64,000 nt of DNA, taken from positions 127,044-191,043 of the forward strand of contig CAVXJX010000012.1 of NCBI GenBank assembly GCA_963762195.1, in the 5' to 3' direction. Of the stretch, positions 40,194 through 50,147 are shown piece after piece. This DNA comes from an uncultured Solirubrobacterales bacterium (GTDB lineage: Bacteria > Actinomycetota > Thermoleophilia > Solirubrobacterales > JBBDJG01). The position numbers were made by a program, and so were the translations under genes. Position 1 is the stretch's first letter, and each line of letters begins with the position of its first letter. A model generated the notes under the pieces. The model did not search any database and was not told the origin of the DNA. It saw only the letters and a program-made list of their open reading frames with translations.

Positions 40194-42214
40194 CAGCCGC
40201 CGACCCGCTTCAACACCGCCCGTGCCCGCGCCGCGACGTTCTCGGGCGTGAAACCGAAATGCTCGTAGAGGTCCGGCTGCGGAGCCGACGCGCCAAAGCC
40301 CTCCATCCCGAGGATGTCGCCGTCGTCTCCGACCCAGTGGTCCCAGCCCAGCGGCGACGCAGCCTCGACCGCGAGGCGCGCGCGGCACGCCGGCGGCAGT
40401 ATCGAGTCGCGATACGCCGCGTCCTGCGCGGCGAAGCGATCGAGACACGGCGCGCTCACCAAGCGTGCGCCGATGCCGTCGGCCTCCAGCAGGTCCACGG
40501 CTGCGTTGCAGACGTGGACCTCGGAGCCCGTGGCGATCAGGATCACCTCCGGCGGCGCACCCTCCCCGGTCTCGCGCAGCGTGTAGGCGCCGCGGGCGAT
40601 CGCGTCGTCCGGCACCTCCGCCGGGTCCCACGTCGGCAGCCCCTGCCGGCTCAGCGCCATCGCGGTCGGCGTCTCTGTCTGCGCGAGCGCGAACCGCCAC
40701 GCGAGCGCCGTCTCGTTCGCGTCCGCGGGTCGCACGACGTCCACGTTCGGTGTCGCACGCAGGGACGCGAGCTGCTCGATCGGCTGGTGCGTCGGCCCGT
40801 CCTCTCCCAAGCCGATGGAGTCGTGCGTGAACACGAATATGGACGGGAGCCGCATCAGCGCCGCGAGTCGGATCGCCGCCTTCATGTAGTCCGAGAAGAT
40901 CAGGAAGGTGGCGCCGTAACCACGCATGTAGTGCAGCGTGAGGCCGTTGACGATCGCGCCCATGCCGTGCTCGCGGATGCCGAAGTGCAGGTTGCGGCCG
41001 GAGTAGTCGCCCGCGCCGACGCTGCCGGCGCCCTCGATCAGCGTGAGCGTCGAGGGAGCGAGGTCCGCGGAGCCGCCGACCAGCTCGGGCACGCGGCTCG
41101 CCCACTGGATCACGGTCTGCGAGGCCTTGCGCGTCGCGATTTTCTCGCCGGCCTCGAAGCGGGGCACCTCGGCGTCCCAGCCCTCGGGGAGCCCGCGCGC
41201 GACGATGCGCTCGAACTCGGCCAGGCGCTGCGGATGCGCTTCGCGGTAGGCGGCGGCGCGCTCGGACCACTCGGCGACGAGCTGCTCGCCGCGCTCGACA
41301 CTGGCGCGGAAGTGCGCGAGTGCGGCCTCGGGCACCTCGAACTGCTTGTCCTCGGGCCAGCCGTAGACGCGCTTGGTCAGCCGCACCTCCTCCTCGCCGA
41401 GCGGCGAGCCGTGTGCCTCCCCGGTGTCCTGCTTGTTCGGGCTGCCGGTCGCGATGTGGGTCCTGACGATGATCAGCGACGGCTTGTCCTCGACGTCGAT
41501 CGCGGCGCGTGTCGCCGCCTCGATGTCGTCGAGCTCGAGGCGCTCCCCGAGGTTCTGCACGTGCCAGCCGTAGGCCTCGTAGCGGCGGCCGACGTCCTCG
41601 GAGAACGCCGCGCTCGTGTCGCCCTCGATCGAGATGTGGTTGTCGTCGTAGAAGGCGATCAGGCGGCCGAGTCTGAGATGCCCCGCGATCGACGATGCCT
41701 CCGCGGCCACGCCCTCCTGCATGTCGCCGTCGCTTGCGATCGTGAAGGTGCGGTGGTCGACAAGCTGGTGATCGCCGTCGTTGAAGCGGGCCGCGAGCAT
41801 GCGCTCGGCCAGCGCCATGCCCACGGACATGGAGATCCCCTGTCCGAGCGGCCCCGTGGTCGCCTCGATACCGGCGGCGTGCCCGTACTCGGGATGCCCG
41901 GCCGCCGGGCTGCCGAGCTGGCGGAAGCTCTTGAGGTCGTCGAGCGTGAGGCCGTACCCGGTCAGGTAGAGCATCGAGTAGAGCAGCATCGACGCGTGCC
42001 CCGCCGACAGCACGAAACGATCCCGGTCCGGCCAGTCCGGGTGGCTCGGGCTGTGGCGCATGATGCGCGTGTAGAGCACGTGCGCGACCGGCGCCAGGGC
42101 CATCGGCGTGCCCGGGTGCCCGGAGTTCGCGCGCTGGACCGCGTCCATCGCGAGCGTCCGGATGGTGTTCACGCACAGCGTGTCGAGCGCGCGGGAGTCG
42201 GTGACCGTGCTCAC
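40193..42214 (-). CDS. tkt: transketolase
   Basis: GTG 42214 gives [42 protein letters not shown]...[14 protein letters not shown]...GHPE...TTGPLGQGI...[10 protein letters not shown]...[11 protein letters not shown]...[16 protein letters not shown]... 673 aa, intact. Confidence 0.93.
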   Translation of the reverse strand: MSTVTDSRALDTLCVNTIRTLAMDAVQRANSGHPGTPMALAPVAHVLYTRIMRHSPSHPDWPDRDRFVLSAGHASMLLYSMLYLTGYGLTLDDLKSFRQLGSPAAGHPEYGHAAGIEATTGPLGQGISMSVGMALAERMLAARFNDGDHQLVDHRTFTIASDGDMQEGVAAEASSIAGHLRLGRLIAFYDDNHISIEGDTSAAFSEDVGRRYEAYGWHVQNLGERLELDDIEAATRAAIDVEDKPSLIIVRTHIATGSPNKQDTGEAHGSPLGEEEVRLTKRVYGWPEDKQFEVPEAALAHFRASVERGEQLVAEWSERAAAYREAHPQRLAEFERIVARGLPEGWDAEVPRFEAGEKIATRKASQTVIQWASRVPELVGGSADLAPSTLTLIEGAGSVGAGDYSGRNLHFGIREHGMGAIVNGLTLHYMRGYGATFLIFSDYMKAAIRLAALMRLPSIFVFTHDSIGLGEDGPTHQPIEQLASLRATPNVDVVRPADANETALAWRFALAQTETPTAMALSRQGLPTWDPAEVPDDAIARGAYTLRETGEGAPPEVILIATGSEVHVCNAAVDLLEADGIGARLVSAPCLDRFAAQDAAYRDSILPPACRARLAVEAASPLGWDHWVGDDGDILGMEGFGASAPQPDLYEHFGFTPENVAARARAVLKRVGG

Positions 42215-42230
42215 CCGCGGGATCCTACGA

Positions 42231-43184
42231 CTAGGCGAGGCGTGGGCGCAGCTCGCTCTCCCACATCTGGAAAAAGGGCTCCGGCTCGCCGACCTGCACG
42301 ACCGCGACGCGGTCGAAGCCCGCGTCGGTCCACTTGCGGATGGCCTCCGCGTGCCGCTCGGGATCGGGTCCGCAGGGGATGTTCTCAGCCACGTCCTCCT
42401 CGCGGACATGAGCGGTGGCCGCCTCGAAGTTGATCGGGTTGGGCAGCTCCGCCATGACCTTCCACCCCGGCGCCGAGAAGCGAAAGCGCTCATGCGCCAC
42501 GCGGCGCGCCTGCGCCTCGTCGTCGTCCACGCAGACCGCGATCTGACCGAACTTCGGCTTCCCGCCTCCCGCTGTCTGGTCGAACGACTGCGTCAGCTTG
42601 GAGCTTGGCTCCACGGCCACCATGCCTCCGCCGGCCTGCGCGGCGAGTGCGAGCGACTTGGCGCCGCTGACCGCGACATGGATCGGAGGCGGCTCGTCAG
42701 GCAGCGTGAAGACGCGCGCGTTGTGCACCGTGTAGTGCTTGCCATCGTGCGAGTGGTAACCGCCGGTCCAGAGGGCTTGCATCACGTCGATCGCCTCGGC
42801 CAGCATCTCGTGGCGCACGTGCGCGGGAGGCCAACCGTGCCCGACGACGTGCTCGTTCAAGTTCTCGCCCGCGCCCAGGCCGAGGTGAAAACGGCCGTTG
42901 CTCATCGCGGCGACCGTGGCGGCCTTCTGGGCGACGATCGCGGGGTGGTAGCGGATCGTCGGGCAGGTGACGAACGAGACGAGGTCGACCCGCTCGGTTT
43001 TCACGGCGAGCCCACCGAGGACGCTCCACGCGTAAGGGCTGTGGTCATGCGAGTAGAGCCACGGATGGAAATGGTCGGAGATCGTGAGGAAGTCGAACCC
43101 CGCCGCTTCCGCTCGCTGGGCCTGCTCGATCAGCTCCTGCGGGCCGTACAACTCGCACATCAGGCTGTAGCCGTACCGCGCCAT
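42231..43184 (-). CDS. LLM-class F420-dependent oxidoreductase (G6PD-related subfamily by pattern)
   Basis: Intact 317 aa: [42 protein letters not shown]...[15 protein letters not shown]...[16 protein letters not shown]... It lies 17 nt upstream of tkt. Confidence 0.75.
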   Translation of the reverse strand: MARYGYSLMCELYGPQELIEQAQRAEAAGFDFLTISDHFHPWLYSHDHSPYAWSVLGGLAVKTERVDLVSFVTCPTIRYHPAIVAQKAATVAAMSNGRFHLGLGAGENLNEHVVGHGWPPAHVRHEMLAEAIDVMQALWTGGYHSHDGKHYTVHNARVFTLPDEPPPIHVAVSGAKSLALAAQAGGGMVAVEPSSKLTQSFDQTAGGGKPKFGQIAVCVDDDEAQARRVAHERFRFSAPGWKVMAELPNPINFEAATAHVREEDVAENIPCGPDPERHAEAIRKWTDAGFDRVAVVQVGEPEPFFQMWESELRPRLA

Positions 43185-43224
43185 GTGAGGCGACTACCCG
43201 CCGGTGGAGGAGTCTATGCGCGGC

Positions 43225-44208
43225 TCAGTGCCGCTCTTCGCAATCCATCACACGGTCGCTTGCATCGACGAACGCGACATCGTGTCCCGGCCCGCAGTCG
43301 ACCCGGTCGGTTCCAGGCCCGCTGACGATCCGGTCGTTCCCGCTGTTGCCCCAGATCTGGTCGTCACCCGCCCCGCCGTCGATCGTGTCGTCGCCGCTCG
43401 TGTTCGGAAGCCGGTCGCCCCAGATCACGTCGTCGCCGTCCTTGCCGTTCAGTGTGTCGTTCCCGGCCATCCCGAGGAGCTTGTCGTTCTTCCGGGTTCC
43501 GTTCAGCGTGTGCCGCCCGGGCCTGCTGAAGCGGGTGACGCCCTCGTCCGGATCGCGGGGCGGCGGGTGCGCCTCGATCACCCGTTCGCAGTCGCTCTTG
43601 TCGATGTGGCTGTCGGAGATCCCGCCTCTCCTGCTGTACGGATCGATGTAGAGCACGTCATTTCCGGGACCGCAGTCCGCCAGGCCTTCCGCGCCGCGAT
43701 CGTTGGAGTGCAGCACGTCGTCTCCGGGGCCGCCGAAGAGACGGTCCTTACCGGAGTCGCCCGAGAGGTCGTCGTCCCCCGCCCCGCCCATGAGAGTGTC
43801 CGTGCCCGATCCGCCGTAGAGCTTGTCGTTGCCCTCGTCGCCGTACAGGCGGTCGCCCGCCTCGTTGGCGTACAGCTGGTCGTGACCGGTGCCGCCTCTC
43901 ACCTCGTCGCGGCCGAAGCCCCCGATGGCGAGATCGTCGCCCGGGCCGCCGTGCAGGAGCTCGTCGCCGGTGTCGCCGTCGAGCTTGTCGTTCCCGCCGT
44001 TGCCGAAGAGGCGGTCATGACCTGTGCCACCGTTGATGGTGTCGTCGCCGCCTTCGCCGAAGATCGTGTCCGCCGAGCGCCCGCCGTGAATGGTGTTGTC
44101 GCGGCTGTTAGCGGATATCCGGTCGGGGCCCGGCGTGCCCGCATATGCCGTCGCAATGCCGGCGACGAGCGAAATGGCGAGGATGGCTACGAACCTTGTG
44201 GTGATCAT
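43225..44208 (-). CDS. secreted calcium-binding protein with RTX-type GGxGxD nonapeptide repeats
   Basis: ATG 44208 gives MITTRFVAILAISLVAGIATAYA (Sec-type signal). About 13 consecutive nonapeptides follow (...GEGGDDTINGGTGHDRLFGNGGNDKLDGDTGDELLHGGPGDD...), then a second block (GMAGNDTLNGKDGDDVIWG...GGAGDDQIWGNSGNDRI). Confidence 0.78.
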   Translation of the reverse strand: MITTRFVAILAISLVAGIATAYAGTPGPDRISANSRDNTIHGGRSADTIFGEGGDDTINGGTGHDRLFGNGGNDKLDGDTGDELLHGGPGDDLAIGGFGRDEVRGGTGHDQLYANEAGDRLYGDEGNDKLYGGSGTDTLMGGAGDDDLSGDSGKDRLFGGPGDDVLHSNDRGAEGLADCGPGNDVLYIDPYSRRGGISDSHIDKSDCERVIEAHPPPRDPDEGVTRFSRPGRHTLNGTRKNDKLLGMAGNDTLNGKDGDDVIWGDRLPNTSGDDTIDGGAGDDQIWGNSGNDRIVSGPGTDRVDCGPGHDVAFVDASDRVMDCEERH

Positions 44209-44246
44209 CACAGACCGGTGTTCCGGCTCTCGTATCCTCAATCGGA

Positions 44247-45137
44247 ATGTCTGCCATCGAACTGAAGGCAGTCGTCAAGCGGTTCGGTGAGATCACCGCC
44301 GTGGACGGGCTGGACCTCGAGGTGCCGCGCGGCATCTGCCTCGGCCTGCTCGGCCCCAACGGCGCCGGGAAGTCGACGACCATGCGGCTGCTCACGGGCC
44401 AGGCGGTCGCCGACTCGGGCGAACTGCGTGTGCTCGGCTACGAGCTGCCGCGCGAGGCGAAGGCCGCGCGCGCCGAGATGGGCGTCGTGCCCCAGCTCGA
44501 CAACCTCGACATCGACGTGACGGTCGAGGACAACCTCGCCGTGTTCGCACGTCTTTACCGCGTCAAGGACGTCCGGGCCGCGGTCGAGCGCGGGCTCGCG
44601 CTCTCCCGCCTGACCGCTCGCCGCCGCGACGAGGTCGACAAGCTCTCGGGCGGGATGCGGCGGCGGTTGCTCCTCGCCCGCGGGCTCCTGCACGAGCCGC
44701 AGCTGATGCTCCTCGACGAGCCGACCGTCGGCCTCGACCCGCAGATCCGCACCGAGCTGTGGTCGCTGATCGACGGGCTGCGCACCCGCGGAACCACGAT
44801 CCTCATGTCCACGCACTACATAGAGGAGGCCCAGCGGCTCGCCGACGAGGTGGCCGTCATGGCCCACGGCAAGATCATCGCGCGGGGCAAGCCCGGCGAT
44901 CTGATCGCGGAGTACGCGGGCCGCGAGACGGCTGAGGTCTATGCGCCGCCGGACCGCCTCGCCGAGGTGCAGGCGAACGCCGAGGCGCACGGCCTGCGGG
45001 TCCGCCCGGCGGGTCCCGCGATCGCCATCATGGGCGCCGAGAACGCGACGGATGGCGCCGTGCCGCCGGACGCGGTCAGGCGCGCCGCCTCGCTCGAGGA
45101 CGTGTTCGTGCTGCTCACCGGAGCGGAGGCCGAATGA
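44247..45137 (+). CDS. ABC transporter ATP-binding protein (DrrA/NodI-like)
   Basis: Intact 296 aa with Walker A GLLGPNGAGKSTT, signature LSGGMRRRL and Walker B LMLLDEPT. Confidence 0.88.
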   Translation: MSAIELKAVVKRFGEITAVDGLDLEVPRGICLGLLGPNGAGKSTTMRLLTGQAVADSGELRVLGYELPREAKAARAEMGVVPQLDNLDIDVTVEDNLAVFARLYRVKDVRAAVERGLALSRLTARRRDEVDKLSGGMRRRLLLARGLLHEPQLMLLDEPTVGLDPQIRTELWSLIDGLRTRGTTILMSTHYIEEAQRLADEVAVMAHGKIIARGKPGDLIAEYAGRETAEVYAPPDRLAEVQANAEAHGLRVRPAGPAIAIMGAENATDGAVPPDAVRRAASLEDVFVLLTGAEAE

Positions 45138-45901
45138 GACGGCTGGAGCCGGCTGCGATCGGCGGCGTGATGAGCCGCGAGGTGGCGAACTTCCGCACGT
45201 TCTGGAAGGCGACGACGTTCTCGAGCGTGCTCGAGCCGATCATCTACCTGCTCGCCTTCGGCGTCGGGCTCGGCTCGACGATCGTCGACCAGGTGGACGG
45301 GCTCGATTACATCGAGTTCGTCGGCACGGGCATGGTCGCGACGGCGGTGATCTTCTCCAGCGCGCTGCCCGCGATGTTCGGCACATTCGTCAAGCACCGC
45401 TTCCAGAACACCTACGACGCGATCCTCGCGGCTCCGGTCGACGTCGAGGAGCTGGTCACCGCGGAGGCGCTGTGGATCGGGATCCGCTCGGGCTTCTACG
45501 GCTGCTTCCCACTGCTCGTCGCGATCGCCTTCGGGCTCGACCCCACGCCGGGGATGCTGCTCGTTCCGCTGTTCTGCTTCGTGACGGCGCTTGCCTTTGC
45601 GGCTTTCGGCATCGCGGTAGCAGGCACGGTCCAGAAGATCGACCAGTTCAGCTACGTGACCACCCTGTTCGTCACGCCCCTGTTCCTCGTGGCAGGCACG
45701 TTCTTCCCGATCGACCAACTGCCCCAGGGCCTGCAGGTCGCGGCGAACCTCAATCCGCTCTATCACCTCGTGGAGCTGGTCCGCCACGCTTGCTTCGGGT
45801 TCGAAGCGACGGACCCGCTGCGGCTGCTCGCGCTGATGGCGCTCGCCGTCGGCCTGTGGCGCCTCGCGGTGCGGCAGCTGACCGCGCGCCTGATCGACTA
45901 G
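45134..45901 (+). CDS. ABC-2 type transporter permease (DrrB/NodJ-like)
   Basis: The ATG overlaps the previous stop (ATGA). 255 aa, ~6 TMS, ...FRTFWKATTFSSVLEPIIYLLAFGVGLG... Confidence 0.8.
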   Translation: MRRLEPAAIGGVMSREVANFRTFWKATTFSSVLEPIIYLLAFGVGLGSTIVDQVDGLDYIEFVGTGMVATAVIFSSALPAMFGTFVKHRFQNTYDAILAAPVDVEELVTAEALWIGIRSGFYGCFPLLVAIAFGLDPTPGMLLVPLFCFVTALAFAAFGIAVAGTVQKIDQFSYVTTLFVTPLFLVAGTFFPIDQLPQGLQVAANLNPLYHLVELVRHACFGFEATDPLRLLALMALAVGLWRLAVRQLTARLID

Positions 45902-45917
45902 CTCGGGCGCAGCCGCT

Positions 45918-45956
45918 GTGCTGACTTCTCCCCCCACCAGGGGGGAAAGCCAGCAC
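45918..45956. repeat. palindromic intergenic repeat, copy 2 (GTGCTGACTTCTCCCCCC-acca-GGGGGGAAAGCCAGCAC)
   Basis: ~17-bp imperfect hairpin 17 nt after the permease stop and 35 nt before fdhA. It shares GCTGACTT..CCCCC..GGGGGAAA..CCAGCAC with 15258..15296. Confidence 0.6.
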
Positions 45957-45990
45957 GGTGACTCGTTGCCGGGGGTGGCAGGATACGCCG

Positions 45991-48900
45991 ATGTCGCGCC
46001 CTCGCTCCTTCGAACGCGTGCGGAGAATCCCGCTCTTCGGGCGGGCGCTGGACTGGGGCATGGGGCCGAGCGCCGTCTCCCCCACCACCGCTGCCGCGGG
46101 CGCGCGCATCGCCGGGCTGAAGGTCACCGAGTCCGTGTGCCCGTACTGCGCGGTGGGGTGCGGGCAGCTCGTCTACACGCGCGGTGGCGAGCTGGTCGAC
46201 ATCGAAGGCAACCCGCGCTCGCCGATCAACCAGGGAACGCTGTGCCCCAAGGGGAGCGCGTCGCGCCAGCTCGTGCAGCAGCCGGGACGCCTGACGAAGG
46301 TGCGCTACCGGCGCCCGGGCGGCACGGAGTGGGAAGAGCTGGAGCTCGAGCAGGCCATGGACATGATCGCCGCGCGGGTGATCGCGTCGCGGGAGGCCGG
46401 CTGGCAGGACACCGAGCGCCACGGCTGGCGGGTGGACCGCACCCTCGGCTTCGCCCACCTCGGAGGGGCGACGCTCGACAACGAGGAGAACTACCTCATC
46501 AAGAAGCTGTTCACGGCGATGGGCGCGGTGCAGATCGAAAACCAGGCGCGCATATGACACAGCTCCACGGTCCCCGGTCTGGGGACCTCGTTCGGGCGCG
46601 GCGGCGCCACCACGTTCCAGCAGGACCTGCAGCACGCGGACTGCATCCTGATCGAGGGCTCGGCGATGGCGGAGGCTCATCCCGTCGGCTTCCGCTGGGT
46701 GATGAAGGCCAAGGAGCGCGGCGCGCACATCATCCATGTCGACCCGCGCTTTTCGCGAACCAGCCAGCTCGCCGATCGGCACGTGGCGATCCGCGCGGGA
46801 ACCGACATCGCGTTCCTTGGCGGCCTGATCCGTCACGTGCTGGAGAGCGAGTCGTACTTCCGCGAGTACGTCGTCAACTACACGAACGCGCCGACGATCA
46901 TCAACGAGCGCTACCGGGATGCCGAGGACCTCGGCGGCATCTTCTCCGGCTTCGATCCCGAGACCGGGACATACGACCGGTCGACCTGGGGCTACGAGGG
47001 AGGTGAGATGCCCTCGGCCGCAGGGGTCAGGGAGCACTCGGCGCAGGCGTTCGAGGACACGACCGGCGCCGGCATGCTCGTCGGCGAGGTGCCGCGCGAC
47101 GACACGCTGCAGCACCCGCGCTGCGTGTTCCAGATCCTGCGCCGCCACTTCAGCCGCTACACGCCCGAGACGGTCGAGCGCATCTGCGGCATCTCGCAGG
47201 ACGACTTCCACGCCGTGGCCGCGGCGCTGATCGCGAACTCCGGGCGCGAGCGCACGACTGCCTTCTGCTACGCGCTGGGCTGGACCCAGCACGCAGACGG
47301 GGCGCAGATGATCCGCACCGCCGCGATCCTGCAACTGCTGCTCGGCAACATCGGCCGGCCCGGCGGCGGAATCCTCGCACTGCGCGGGCACGCCTCGATC
47401 CAGGGCTCGACTGACATCCCGACGCTCTACGACCTGCTGCCCGGGTACCTGCACATGCCGCGCGCCGGCGAGCAGGAGCTCGACCTCGAGACCTACATCG
47501 CGACCGGCGGCTCCGACCGCGGCTGGTGGTCGGCGTTCGACAACTACATCGTGTCGCTGCTCAAGGCATGGTTCGGGGATGCGGCGACGCCGGCCAACGA
47601 CTTCGGCTTCGCGGCGATCCCCCGCATCAGCGGCAACCACTCGCATTTCGCGACGATGATGCGCATGCTCGACGGCGGCGTCGAGGGCTTCTTCGTGATG
47701 GGGCAGAACCCGGCGGTCGGGTCCCAGCACGCGGGGCTGCACCGCCGTGCGCTCGCCAAGCTGAGGTGGCTCGTCGTCCGCGACCTGGCCGAGATCGAGA
47801 CCGCGACGTTCTGGCGCGACTCGCCGGAGGTGCAGTCCGGCGAGCTGCGCCCGGAGGACATCGACACGGAAGTGTTCCTGATGCCTGCCGCCGCGCACGT
47901 GGAGAAGGAGGGCTGCTTCACGAACACTCAGCGGCTCGTCCAGTTCCGCGACAAGGCGCTCGAACCGCCGGGAGACGCGCGCTCGGAGCTGTGGTTCATG
48001 CACCACCTGGCCAAGCGCGTGCGCGCGCATTACGCCGGATCGACGCAGGCGCGCGACTGGCCGCTGGTGAACCTGCGCTGGGATTACCCGGAGCACGGCG
48101 CGACGCGCGAGCCCGACGTGGAGGCGGTGATGAAGGAGATCAACGGCTACGACGTTGCGACCGGGCGGCCGCTGTCGCTGTTCAGCGAGCTGCGCGCCGA
48201 CGGCTCCACCGCCTGCGGCTGCTGGATCTACTCCGGCATCTTCGCCGACGGCGTCAACCAGGCCAGGCGGCGCGAGCCGGGCGACCCGGACAAGGAGGGC
48301 GGCCACGTCTCACCGGAGTGGGCGTGGGCCTGGCCGGCGAACCGCCGCACGCTCTACAACCGCGCGTCCGCCGATCCGGCCGGGCGCCCGTGGAGCGAAA
48401 GAAAGAAGTACCTGTGGTGGGACGCCGCGAATGCGCGCTGGACCGGCTACGACGTCCCCGACTTCCCGGCCGACAAGCCGCCGGACTATCGCGCGCCGGC
48501 CGACGCCACGGGGATGGACGCGATCAGCGGGGACGACCCGTTCATCATGATGGCCGACGGGCGCGCGTGGCTGTTCGCGCCCAGCGGCCTGCTCGACGGC
48601 CCGCTGCCGACGCACTACGAACCGGTCGAGTCGCCGGTCCACAACCTTCTGTACCCGCAGATCGATGCGGACCCGGCGGCAATCCGCTGGCGGCGCCCGG
48701 AGAACCCGGTGCACGCCGTCGAGGACCCGCGCTACCCGGTCGTGGCGACGACCTTCCGGCTGACCGAGCAGCACACCGCCGGGGGCATGAGCCGCAAGGT
48801 CCCGTGGCTGGGCGAACTGCAGCCCGAGATGTTCGCGGAGATCGACCCCGTCCTTGCCCGCGCGCGCGGCATCAGCGACGGCGACTGGATGACGATCGAG

Positions 48901-49233
48901 ACCGAGCGCGCCGAGATCGAGGCCCGCGCCCAGGTGACCGAGCGCATGCGGCCGCTGCGCATCGACGGCCGGCGCGTGCACCAGATCGGCCTGCCGTGGC
49001 ACTGGGGCTACTCGACGCCGTACCCGGGCGACTCGGCAAACGACCTCACCGCGATCACCGGCGATCCCAACGTCTCGATCCAGGAGTCGAAGGCGTTCAC
49101 GTGCGATGTGCGTGCCGGGCGGCGCCGCGGGTCGTCGACCGAGCGCCTGCGAGGCGCCGCCGCGCCGCACCCCCCGGTGGCACCGAACCAGGACGACCCG
49201 CCGGCCGAAAACCCTCAGGAGGCGGGCCGGTGA
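45991..49233 (+). CDS. fdhA: formate dehydrogenase alpha subunit, molybdopterin enzyme with in-frame UGA selenocysteine at 46555..46557
   Basis: ORFs 45958..46557 and 46666..49233 are in the same frame. Reading through the TGA gives ...IENQARI-U-HSSTVPGLGTSFGRGGATTFQQDLQHADCILIEGSAMAEAHPVGFRW..., the conserved FdnG/FdhA Sec context. An N-terminal CPYCAVGCG Fe-S motif is present. The start at ATG 45991 is tentative. Confidence 0.88.
46569..46587 (+). promoter_or_regulatory. SECIS hairpin (GGUCCCC-GGUCU-GGGGACC) 11 nt downstream of the UGA
   Basis: Perfect 7-bp stem with apical loop GGUCU, the same loop core recalled for the E. coli fdhF SECIS. Confidence 0.72.
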
Positions 49234-50147
49234 CCGAGCTTGCCGTGCACCGGGTCGGCGCGCAGCGGATGGGCTTCTTCACCGACACGACCGTGTGCAT
49301 CGGCTGCAAGGCCTGCGAGGTCGCATGCAAGCAGTGGAACGACCTGCCTGCCGACGGGCCGAAGTCGCGCAAGGGCGGCTCATACGACCACACCGGCGAG
49401 CTGTCCGCGTCGACCTGGCGCCACGTCCGGTTCCTGGAGCTGCTCGAGCCATCAGAGGAGCGCCGCGCCCAGGCCGCCGAGGCACTCGCCGCCGGTGAAG
49501 GCGGAGCGGCTCCCACGCTTCCCGCGGACGAAACGTTCGACGTCGCGCAGGCAGTTGCCGACATGGATCGCTGGATCTTCATGTCCGACGTGTGCAAGCA
49601 CTGCACGAACGCCGGCTGCCTCGACGCGTGCCCGACCGGCGCGCTGATCCGCACCGAGCACCACACCGTCGTGCTGCAGGCCGACGTGTGCAACGGGTGT
49701 GGTTACTGCATCCCGGCATGCCCGTTCGGAGTCGTCGACCGCGACCACATCGACGGCCGGGCCGGCAAGTGCACGCTCTGCTACGACCGGCTGCAGGACG
49801 GGCTCGAGCCCGCGTGCGCGAAGGCATGCCCGACGGACTCGATCCAGTTCGGCCCCTACGACGAGCTCGTCGCGGTCGCCGAGCGGCGGGTGGCCGCACT
49901 GCACGAGCGCGGCGAGCAGGGCGCGTACCTGTACGGCGCCGGGGACGAGCCGGACGACGAGCTCGCCGGCGGGCTCGGTGCGTTCTTCCTGCTGACCGAG
50001 CCGCCGGAGCGCTTCGGCCTCCCGGCCAATGCCGAGTCACCCGTGCAGGAGAACGTCGTCCCCGCGACCGTCGCGGCGCTCGGCGCCGGGTTGCTGGCGG
50101 CAGCCGGCGCCGTGGTCGCGTTCGCGAGCGCCCGGAGGCGCCCGTGA
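49230..50147 (+). CDS. fdhB: formate dehydrogenase iron-sulfur (beta) subunit, 4x[4Fe-4S], C-terminal TM anchor
   Basis: GTG 49230 overlaps the fdhA stop (GTGA). Motifs: ...CIGCKACEVACKQWN..., CKHCTNAGCLDACP, CNGCGYCIPACP, CTLCYDRL...ACAKACP. The C-terminal helix reads VVPATVAALGAGLLAAAGAVVAFA. Confidence 0.88.
   Translation: MTELAVHRVGAQRMGFFTDTTVCIGCKACEVACKQWNDLPADGPKSRKGGSYDHTGELSASTWRHVRFLELLEPSEERRAQAAEALAAGEGGAAPTLPADETFDVAQAVADMDRWIFMSDVCKHCTNAGCLDACPTGALIRTEHHTVVLQADVCNGCGYCIPACPFGVVDRDHIDGRAGKCTLCYDRLQDGLEPACAKACPTDSIQFGPYDELVAVAERRVAALHERGEQGAYLYGAGDEPDDELAGGLGAFFLLTEPPERFGLPANAESPVQENVVPATVAALGAGLLAAAGAVVAFASARRRP

Noticed and set aside
39288-42176. A 962-aa minus-strand ORF that suggests a giant fusion protein.
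   Set aside because: Only the last 301 codons (from ATG 40193) encode a recognisable protein (Gnd). The upstream 660 codons are an out-of-frame shadow of transketolase, which is intact in its own frame.
45991-46110. A twin-arginine signal on FdhA (the N-terminus contains RVRRIPLFGRAL).
   Set aside because: There is no hydrophobic h-region or AxA site after the Arg pair. The segment resembles the cytoplasmic N-terminal extension seen in actinobacterial-type FdhA rather than the FdnG Tat signal. Periplasmic export is therefore not supported.
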